From NCBI GenBank assembly GCA_937903035.1, contig CALCZP010000003.1, forward strand, positions 1,156 through 65,155: a DNA stretch of 64,000 bases, in the 5' to 3' direction. The stretch is from an uncultured bacterium. GTDB lineage: Bacteria > Patescibacteriota > Minisyncoccia > Phycocordibacterales > UBA9973. A program made the position numbers and the translations under genes. The notes beneath the pieces are model-generated. The model made no database searches, was not told the DNA's origin, and was given only the letters and a program-made list of their open reading frames with translations. Below are positions 57,292 through 64,000 of this stretch, piece after piece. The stretch's first letter is position 1. Every line of letters starts with the position of its first letter.

Positions 57292-58854
57292 TTATTTATA
57301 CCTTCGTTCTGCCTCATCACGTGAAGAAATAATAGTCCCTGTTTTACATTGGTTATATACCCATACTTTCATGGCAATATCTTTTCGAAGTGAAGTACTG
57401 CATCCAAGTCCTGCAAAGTTATTAAAAATTTGGGCAGGTGTCCCACCATTACACGTTTTAACCGCTGCTTGAAAACGAGTGACACTCATCTGAATATTTT
57501 TTTCAGGATCATAGTAGATATTGATTGCATCAGCGACTGTTTTTGCACCAGCCTTAATTAGGTCATCATTGTTTTCTACAGGATCAAGAAGGATTGTTGT
57601 AGGGCTTGCTCGTTTTGGATATAAAACACCATTTTCTTTTGTTGCTGCGAGATAGGTTGTTTCATTGTTGTAAGGTGCAGGAAATACTGTTACCTGCGAA
57701 AGTCCAAACCCTTTTGAAAAGCGCCAGTCATAGTCTTTGTAAATATCGGTACTTGATCGAGGGCACTGGTTAAGAACTTTTTTATCACCATAGAGTGCCG
57801 TTGAGCCAGTAAATTTTTCACCATTAAACTTGATTCCTGATTGTACAAAAATACGACGTGACTTAATACTTGAAAGACTAGTTACATTTTCATCACATGA
57901 AATATTTTTTGCATCCCAGTCTGATTCAACAGTGTTTGAAGCAATCAAGTAACAAGGGTCAAGACCTGCTTTTGTAGCAAGTGTTTTGGTTAGTGTAATG
58001 TACTCCTGTTTTGTTTTTGATGGCTTACCAGTGATTTTAGTGAACTGTGCATCACTAATTGATCCACGGTACTCCTCAATCCCCACCGCCACCTTATTCA
58101 AGCTAATACTATTCTCTACAAGCTTCGGATTGATGGTATTTAATATCAGATAGGCAGACAATGCCAACGCAAGCCCTCCTAATGCCTCAAAGAAGCCACT
58201 CTTGGCACTTGCCTTCAAAAACGGTATATCAGTCACAATATACTGATATCCCTCATAGACGAGACGAAGCACCAACAATACTGCCGCCAAACTCACCAAC
58301 AGTTTGAACATATAGTTCAGAAAGTCATTAATGTCACAGATCTCCCCTCCCTTTCCCTTCTGAGATCGTTGTTCTTCACACAGGTCAGGATCCAAAAGTA
58401 CTGAGAGTCCTGGAAATGGTGCAAGGAGACGGTATGAGCGGGAGTCGAAGTCTTGTTGAGTTGCAGGTATTGCACTTGCGCCTGCGGCGCTGGTTGTTGT
58501 TGTGTTATATACTTTTGATTCTTCGGTTGTTTTCCCGTCTGATACTTTTTGTTTGAAATAGTATGTTGTGCTCGGGGTAAGATCGGTGAATGTCCATCCA
58601 TAGGTACCATCATTCCCTATTGCTTTTGTCGGAGGAATATCAGTTTTGATAACTGTTTTAAAATCTGCAACATTACTTAGATAGCCTTTAATACTAAATG
58701 TTTTGAATGTTGGATGTTTTACGGTATCTATCTTTCCTGCAACAGAAAAAGTACTACCACTAATCTGTGTTACGAGGTCTTGTTCAACAAGTGCCGCATG
58801 AGCAATCGAGTATGGAATTGCTAAAAAAAAGAGTGCAATAACTAAACGCTTCAT
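57292..58854 (-). CDS. T4SS-associated protein: signal peptide, FN3-like extracellular domain, shared 2-TM module, C-terminal lysozyme/lytic-transglycosylase-like domain
   Basis: Same central module as the NlpC/P60 paralogue. The C-terminal domain is rich in conserved-looking acidic and aromatic residues (…LIASNTVESDWDAK…GLSQVT…). Start may be M1 (58887) or M12 (58854). Confidence 0.5.
   Translation of the reverse strand: MKRLVIALFFLAIPYSIAHAALVEQDLVTQISGSTFSVAGKIDTVKHPTFKTFSIKGYLSNVADFKTVIKTDIPPTKAIGNDGTYGWTFTDLTPSTTYYFKQKVSDGKTTEESKVYNTTTTSAAGASAIPATQQDFDSRSYRLLAPFPGLSVLLDPDLCEEQRSQKGKGGEICDINDFLNYMFKLLVSLAAVLLVLRLVYEGYQYIVTDIPFLKASAKSGFFEALGGLALALSAYLILNTINPKLVENSISLNKVAVGIEEYRGSISDAQFTKITGKPSKTKQEYITLTKTLATKAGLDPCYLIASNTVESDWDAKNISCDENVTSLSSIKSRRIFVQSGIKFNGEKFTGSTALYGDKKVLNQCPRSSTDIYKDYDWRFSKGFGLSQVTVFPAPYNNETTYLAATKENGVLYPKRASPTTILLDPVENNDDLIKAGAKTVADAINIYYDPEKNIQMSVTRFQAAVKTCNGGTPAQIFNNFAGLGCSTSLRKDIAMKVWVYNQCKTGTIISSRDEAERRYK
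58080..58453. repeat. Copy 2 of the perfect ~373-bp direct repeat
   Basis: Identical to 56152-56525. Confidence 0.85.
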
Positions 58855-58855
58855 A

Positions 58856-59806
58856 CTAGTTGAACAAAATAGTAAACAGTCGCTCAATATGCTGCAAGCT
58901 ATATGCTACTGTGCTGATTGCGAGATTGACTCTACTCTCCCCTCCTTCATCAGGACGTGAAAGACGAAGTTCGTTTACACGTGGATCTCCTGCGATTGCA
59001 GTATCTCCAGCGCTCATTTCTATATTGAGACTATCCATAATTGATCCAAGAAATGAAAAGAAAAAAGGTTCAAAGTGGAGGATAAGCCCTGCCTGGTTTG
59101 TTGTAATAGATTGAGTACTCCCAATCGCATAGTTGATAAATCCGTCATTATTTTGATACGCAACCAATGATGGAGAGACCGGGGTTATGGTTACTGCATT
59201 TGTGCCGACAAATGAGCCTGATTCAAGGGTTAGTTCAACTGTATCACTCGTCGCTAGTGCACCATTTTGAAATACAAAGCTTGATTTGTTATACCCTGAG
59301 CTATCTTGCTGTATTTCGTCGTTGTGAGACCATTTAAAAACATTATTTTTAGGAGCAGTTGCTGCAGGAATACCTACTACTCGGATAAGGGCTCCATCTG
59401 CAGGAAGTGCTTTTCCTTTATAAAAAGGTGGTGTGTATGAGTCAGCTGCCTCCCACAAGAGATCAACACTTGCAGGTCTCAGTGTTATTGAGGCAGTTGC
59501 GGGGATAATTGTTCCTGAGGTTGTTGCGATAATAATACCTGTCTGACCTGCCTTTGGTGCAGTTACAACAATTTCGGTTTTGCCCGTACCCGAAGTAATC
59601 AAGGCACCATTGTATTTCCACGTAATAACTGTCTGATTTAAATCAAGGCTAAAACTCTGAGCCTTCAAAAAGACTTGCTGGCCAGGGGCAGGATTTCCTG
59701 GAGTAGCAGTAATTGCCATGTCTGCTGACTGCGCAACGACTGTTCGTGGTATGAGTACATATACAGATAGTACGATAGCTGCCACAATGGCTCGATACAT
59801 GTCCAA
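58856..59806 (-). CDS. Secreted hypothetical protein (316 aa) in the T4SS-like cluster
   Basis: Signal peptide MDMYRAIVAAIVLSVYVLIPRTVVAQS. Confidence 0.45.
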   Translation of the reverse strand: MDMYRAIVAAIVLSVYVLIPRTVVAQSADMAITATPGNPAPGQQVFLKAQSFSLDLNQTVITWKYNGALITSGTGKTEIVVTAPKAGQTGIIIATTSGTIIPATASITLRPASVDLLWEAADSYTPPFYKGKALPADGALIRVVGIPAATAPKNNVFKWSHNDEIQQDSSGYNKSSFVFQNGALATSDTVELTLESGSFVGTNAVTITPVSPSLVAYQNNDGFINYAIGSTQSITTNQAGLILHFEPFFFSFLGSIMDSLNIEMSAGDTAIAGDPRVNELRLSRPDEGGESRVNLAISTVAYSLQHIERLFTILFN

Positions 59807-59822
59807 AGTATAGCACTTTTAC

Positions 59823-61637
59823 TTAGTGTTGCTCACGAAACTCCTGCTTTGCACGCTGAATCGAAATCACCTGGGAAGGATCTGATGTAATAATTTGGTC
59901 TTCGGTATATGAGGCAATGATTTTAAGTGCGACATGTTTGAGACCAGCAAAGAATATCCCCTCCCCAACACCTGACTCGAGCAAGAGATATTTTTCTTCA
60001 TCGGTAAGGTTGAATGTCTTTTGGAGGACATCTACCGTTGACGGTGATTGCTTGAGGAGTAGTTGAATGGATGAGTTGGTCACAATCGGTACGCCATACG
60101 GACTCTTCATAAAGTCACCTACGTCTTGGGTGATCGTACAGAGTCCGAGGTAATATTTACGCCCACGTTTTGCAATCGAGTACAAAAATGATGCTGTGTC
60201 ATCTGATTTCATCATCCACCACGCCTCATCAACTACAAGGAGGCGCTTTTTGAGTTGTTTACGGACAGCATTCCAAATAAAGTGTGTCACGATGTACATC
60301 GCTGCTGGTTTGAGATCGTCCTCCATGTCTCGTACCGAAAAGACCACAAATTTTTTGTTAATGTCGACGTTGGTTGGCTGGTTGATGAATGTTGCCCATG
60401 AGCCGTGGGTATATTTGGTGAGACGAGCAAGGATAGACTCTGTGCCCTCCATACCTGAGAGTACCATTTCAAAGTCCGAGAGGAGTGGTGGCTCAATACT
60501 GCGAAAGTCTGACTCCGCAGTGATATCTTTGAGACTATATGTTTCGGTGATCGCACGGTCAATAATAGAGTCTTCCTCAGGAGATAGCCCCCCAAGCATA
60601 ATACGCATGAGTCCGACGATATTGATGATATTGCTTCTGAGGACATCTGATGGAGACTCATCTTCCCGAGGGATTGGTAGGTCAAATGGGTTGATATGGT
60701 GATCTGATGAGAGTGAAATGTTAAAGTATCGCCCACCAATCGCTTCGGCGAGATATTCGTATTCACGTTCAGGGTCGATCACGATCACATCAGTATCAAA
60801 CATGAGGGTTCGCACAATTTCAAGTTTGGTTGCGTATGACTTACCTGCACCGGATTTGGCAAAGATAATTGAGTTATAGTTTTCAAGGGAAAATCGATCG
60901 AAAATCACGAGTGATGAGTTGTGGCGATTCACACCATAGAGAATCCCCGTCTCACTCGTAAGGTCAAATGAAACGAATGGAAACATACTCGAGATTGGCT
61001 CCGAGTTCATCTTTTGAGTCACATTGAGCATATCAGTACCAATCGGTGTCACCGTCTTGAAACCGTCTTCTTGTTGAAAGAGTGTTGGCTTGATATAGAT
61101 CATTTTGGATTCAAGCATGCTCTTGATCTCGCTCTCACTTCGAAACAGATCGGTTTCGTTATCAGCATAAATGGTGATATAGAAACCAATGTTAAACATC
61201 TTTTCTTGTGCTTGAGTTAGGTTGTCACGAAGCTCTTCGAGGTCTTGGTATGCGGTATCAAGCATTGGGTCCCTGACGAGACCTTTTTGTTGACGGACAA
61301 TAATCTGACTTTCAACCTCGGCAATTTTCTTTTGAAAATGTTTAAGGAGCTCTGCTGTTTCGATCGGATTTACGTAGATTGCAATATCAAAGACTTTGTC
61401 GAGGTTGATGATCGGAGTGAGCCAGTTGTCAGTGAGAAAACGCGGGTATGAGATGACAAAAAAGGTACGGACAAGTTTGTCCCCAATACGCATTGCTTTT
61501 GGGGTGATCTCAATCGCTGATGGTGCGATTTTGTCGGAGAGCTCCATTGTTGCCCATTCATGAATATCAGCTGTTGAAATAGGCAGGAGTTTACTTCCAT
61601 TTGTTGGTTCTTGTTTTGCTGAGCCGAATATCGACAT
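59823..61637 (-). CDS. VirB4/TrbE-family type IV secretion ATPase, C-terminal part (ATPase domain)
   Basis: Walker A FAKSGAGKSYATK, Walker B LLVVDEAWWMM, and the VirB4 C-terminal region. Confidence 0.8.
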   Translation of the reverse strand: MSIFGSAKQEPTNGSKLLPISTADIHEWATMELSDKIAPSAIEITPKAMRIGDKLVRTFFVISYPRFLTDNWLTPIINLDKVFDIAIYVNPIETAELLKHFQKKIAEVESQIIVRQQKGLVRDPMLDTAYQDLEELRDNLTQAQEKMFNIGFYITIYADNETDLFRSESEIKSMLESKMIYIKPTLFQQEDGFKTVTPIGTDMLNVTQKMNSEPISSMFPFVSFDLTSETGILYGVNRHNSSLVIFDRFSLENYNSIIFAKSGAGKSYATKLEIVRTLMFDTDVIVIDPEREYEYLAEAIGGRYFNISLSSDHHINPFDLPIPREDESPSDVLRSNIINIVGLMRIMLGGLSPEEDSIIDRAITETYSLKDITAESDFRSIEPPLLSDFEMVLSGMEGTESILARLTKYTHGSWATFINQPTNVDINKKFVVFSVRDMEDDLKPAAMYIVTHFIWNAVRKQLKKRLLVVDEAWWMMKSDDTASFLYSIAKRGRKYYLGLCTITQDVGDFMKSPYGVPIVTNSSIQLLLKQSPSTVDVLQKTFNLTDEEKYLLLESGVGEGIFFAGLKHVALKIIASYTEDQIITSDPSQVISIQRAKQEFREQH

Positions 61638-61685
61638 TGGTAGCTATAGTATAGCAGTATATTACTGCAAGTGGATGGAGTATGA

Positions 61686-62327
61686 CTATGAACCGTTTGC
61701 TTGAGTCGTTGTTTCTCCAGGATTGTATGTCTTGTAGAGTAGTTCGATAACTTCTTGTGTTCCGAGTTGTGCCACGCGAAGACCAAGTCTGGTGAGTCCT
61801 TGTTCTACAACACTCATACGCTGTTCAATTTGTGTTCGTTCTTCTTCAAAGTTTTTAATATCATCTCCTATGGTGTCTTTACCTTTGTTTAAAAACGAAA
61901 GTATTTTTGATACCCCTCCCCCTTTTTGGTTGAGTACTGGTGGAATATATGGGATGACTACAAAGAAATTTTTGCGCATGATGTTGACGTTGTCAGTAAA
62001 TGAGCGGATGAACTCAATGTATTCCCGTGTTTGTACTTGGAGGAGTTGTTCTTGTTGTTCCTTGAGTCTGTTTTCAAGAGTGACGAGGTATGGTCTCACA
62101 TCATAGCGTCGTGATTGGATCACTATTTCGATTGGAAAGTCGAGTGTATTGAGAAAGCTTTGGAACTGCACCAATGTTGCTCGCTGTTCATCATATGACT
62201 TAAGCGAGAGATTGATCGAGGACACGAGTACTACAGATGCAAGTGTCCCATCTTTCAAGACCACGATACCATCGCGTACTTCTTGGACAGGGACAAATTG
62301 TTGGGCTGGAGTACCGATGATTGCCAT
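61686..62327 (-). CDS. VirB4/TrbE N-terminal domain encoded as a separate ORF
   Basis: IVVLKDGTLASVVLVSSINLSLKSYDEQRATLVQFQSFLNTL parallels the VirB4 N-terminus. Same frame as the downstream ATPase ORF, separated by 48 nt containing three stops. Confidence 0.55.
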   Translation of the reverse strand: MAIIGTPAQQFVPVQEVRDGIVVLKDGTLASVVLVSSINLSLKSYDEQRATLVQFQSFLNTLDFPIEIVIQSRRYDVRPYLVTLENRLKEQQEQLLQVQTREYIEFIRSFTDNVNIMRKNFFVVIPYIPPVLNQKGGGVSKILSFLNKGKDTIGDDIKNFEEERTQIEQRMSVVEQGLTRLGLRVAQLGTQEVIELLYKTYNPGETTTQANGS

Positions 62328-62336
62328 ACTGTAGAT

Positions 62337-62753
62337 TTAGTTAGTCGGATTTTGAACGTCGAGGCTCCATGAGAGGGTTTTGAGTTTACTCTCAGAAAGT
62401 GTAGCACGATTTGTAGGAGCAGCCGGGATAGATTTCTTTGTTTCAACTTTTTGTTGTGATCGCCAGAGGTAGAGTCGTGAGCGCAGATAGTATTTGATGA
62501 ATGATTCAACTGTATATATAAAGGGCTTTTCGTTGTACTTGAAAAAAGCGAGCGCAAGTGCAAAGCCTGCAAATGCTGGGACAAGTACGATTGCGACAAA
62601 TGCGGGGAGAAACTTCATCGACAGATAGGCAAATCCTGCTCCCCCGGCAAGGTATGCGAACTGTTTGAAGGTGAGTGGTCCAAAGACCTTGTCTTCGATA
62701 TCAATAAATTGTGGAACCTTAAACTGCATAGGTATAGTATAGCGTGAACGCAT
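62337..62753 (-). CDS. VirB3/PrgI-like small two-TM T4SS membrane protein
   Basis: 138 aa with two adjacent TM helices (FAYLAGGAGFAYLSMKFLPAFVAIVLVPAFAGFALALAFF), immediately upstream of virB4. Confidence 0.5.
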   Translation of the reverse strand: MRSRYTIPMQFKVPQFIDIEDKVFGPLTFKQFAYLAGGAGFAYLSMKFLPAFVAIVLVPAFAGFALALAFFKYNEKPFIYTVESFIKYYLRSRLYLWRSQQKVETKKSIPAAPTNRATLSESKLKTLSWSLDVQNPTN

Positions 62754-62785
62754 ACAAAAAGCGCCTCAGTGGGAGGCGCTTTTTG

Positions 62786-63307
62786 TTAGAGATCGATTGG
62801 TTCGCGGTAGAGATCTGCTGATGCAGGAGGTGTAGTGCTTGTCGGAGTTTTATTGAGACTCACATCGCGCTTCATCGGAGGTGCAATCACTGCTGATTGG
62901 GTGAAGCGGCTCCCCATTGTTTCAAGTGCTGTCTGAGAAATGGTTTGCGTAGATTCAAGTTCTGCTTTTTTGAGCTCTTCTTCTGTCGGGCTAAAAAAGG
63001 TGCTGATCTCTGCTGCACGACTCAGGATTTCGACATTGATAGCATAGAGGATATTGACTGCAAGCTTCTCGTCTACTCCCTGTGCTTTCCATTCTTCCGC
63101 AATATCTTCTACGGTTTTGAGTCCCAGTACCAGCATTTTTGCGGCATGCTCTACCATTGTTTTCTGAGTATCAGAAAGGTTGAGTGCCTTTGCTATGGCA
63201 TTTATGAGGACAGTGAAGCTCTTGCTCGACATGAAGTGGAGCACCTCAGGTGGTGTTGTTGCAAATGCTTCTTCGATCGGGTCTATTGTAGTGGTATCAG
63301 TATCCAT
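62786..63307 (-). CDS. Hypothetical acidic protein (173 aa) in the T4SS-like cluster
   Basis: ORF only. Confidence 0.35.
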   Translation of the reverse strand: MDTDTTTIDPIEEAFATTPPEVLHFMSSKSFTVLINAIAKALNLSDTQKTMVEHAAKMLVLGLKTVEDIAEEWKAQGVDEKLAVNILYAINVEILSRAAEISTFFSPTEEELKKAELESTQTISQTALETMGSRFTQSAVIAPPMKRDVSLNKTPTSTTPPASADLYREPIDL

Positions 63308-63309
63308 GG

Positions 63310-63954
63310 TTATTTTTTGGGTTCTGCTGGCTTCTCATCTCCCCCTTCTTTCTTTTTCTTACTTTCTTCGTCATTATTATACTTTTCAAGCTTTTCTTTT
63401 TGAATGTCACGCTCTTTGATTGCTTCTCGCAGTTCTTTGATTGAAGCTCGTCGTTCTTCGTTGGCAACTCGAGCGGTAATTTTATCAGCATCAGATGATG
63501 ATGGATTTTTGATGATAGCCTCATCCTTCTCGATCTCTGTCTCCAGCTTCGCGACATTTGTTGCAACCGCGCGCTTGAGGTCATGTTGTGGATCATCAAT
63601 CTTGATGTTGTCTGCATCAAGGTGTTCATTACCAGGTATACTCTTGATTGCTTCTTTAAGCGTATTCTCGTACATATCAATCTTTGCCTGTATCTTTGCA
63701 GCGGTCGTACCGGTTTGTTTTTGCGCCGCCTTGATAGTGGCATCGGCTGCTTTGAGATGAATGTTACCGATCTGATCAATAGCTCCACCTGCAAGATCGA
63801 TACCAACTGCTGTACTAATAGTGCCTACCAATCCTGGAGCAACTACGCCTAGCGTGCCAGCCAAAGTCCCTATTGCTGTTCCTAGTGGGGCACGCTCACC
63901 CTCTGTCATCCATAGTGAGTTTGCCTTGAGATTCTCAGCATATTCAGCACGCAT
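63310..63954 (-). CDS. Hypothetical coiled-coil, Lys/Glu-rich protein (may extend beyond the window)
   Basis: ORF with a long coiled-coil and KE-rich tail. An upstream start beyond position 64000 cannot be excluded. Confidence 0.35.
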   Translation of the reverse strand: MRAEYAENLKANSLWMTEGERAPLGTAIGTLAGTLGVVAPGLVGTISTAVGIDLAGGAIDQIGNIHLKAADATIKAAQKQTGTTAAKIQAKIDMYENTLKEAIKSIPGNEHLDADNIKIDDPQHDLKRAVATNVAKLETEIEKDEAIIKNPSSSDADKITARVANEERRASIKELREAIKERDIQKEKLEKYNNDEESKKKKEGGDEKPAEPKK

Positions 63955-64000
63955 TGCAGCTTCAAATGCTTTCTTATTTTTGATAGGACCGTATTGTGCA

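Noticed and set aside
56389-58613. Track ORFs 56389-56586 and 58317-58613 sharing STPAHTVSLHHFQDSQYFW…
   Set aside because: These are alternate-frame translations of the 373-bp repeat inside the two hydrolase genes, so they are not independent genes.
61638-61685. Stop-codon reassignment (for example code 25) explaining the VirB4 split
   Set aside because: The intervening stops are TAG, TAA and TAG, not TGA. TGA is used as a genuine stop elsewhere, for example at the zur end (30412) followed 4 nt later by the next start.
1-64000. CRISPR array or cas genes
   Set aside because: No short direct repeats interleaved with unique spacers were seen. The only long exact repeat is the 373-bp protein-coding duplication.

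Overview
This is a low-GC (~40-45%) bacterial chromosomal window, densely packed with small genes. It includes the replication-origin neighbourhood: dnaA and dnaN on the minus strand, then rpmH, rnpA, yidD and yidC on the plus strand, with DnaA-box-like motifs in both flanking intergenic regions. Gene content suggests a reduced-genome, host-dependent bacterium, possibly a Patescibacteria (CPR) or Saccharibacteria-like lineage. The evidence is an N-terminally truncated PheS, a short YidC and a tiny HolA-like ORF, type IV pilus assembly genes (pilMNO, pilB), a lipid-modifying desaturase rather than lipid synthesis genes, and many secreted Thr/Gly-rich proteins. This is inference only.

Housekeeping genes I am confident of are pheST, a MsbA-like ABC exporter, rplS, an RluA-family pseudouridine synthase, rpsT, ruvA, ruvB-ruvC, ruvX, polA, tsaE, tyrS, a class A PBP, msrB, mscL and TrmH/SpoU. 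There are eight tRNA genes (His-GTG, Leu-GAG, Val-TAC, Arg-TCT, Ser-TGA, Lys-TTT, a C1:G72 tRNA with anticodon GCG, and no others found). No CRISPR array was seen.

The accessory content is what stands out:
- A ~10 kb cluster at 54.3-64 kb, entirely on the minus strand and immediately right of the origin, is conjugative type IV secretion-like. VirB4 is split into an N-terminal ORF and a C-terminal ATPase ORF in the same frame. There is a VirB3/PrgI-like 2-TM protein. Two cell-wall hydrolase-like proteins share an identical ~124-aa two-TM module encoded by a perfect 373-bp direct repeat. Several secreted proteins accompany them.
- An island follows tRNA-Ser, headed by a large serine recombinase, with an SDR oxidoreductase, a DHH phosphoesterase, a polar amino-acid ABC importer and a methyltransferase.
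- A very AT-rich pair (membrane fatty-acid desaturase plus GrpB) abuts the 3' end of tRNA-His.
- A zur-thioredoxin-dsbB operon is divergent from a ZIP transporter, and a separate VKOR homologue is also present.
- Minor features: a SET-domain protein, a small eukaryotic-like kinase, and a palindrome-rich 250-nt non-coding region upstream of ruvB.

All calls rest on motif and family recognition by eye. No searches were run. Coordinates for RNA genes and small elements may be off by one or two nucleotides.
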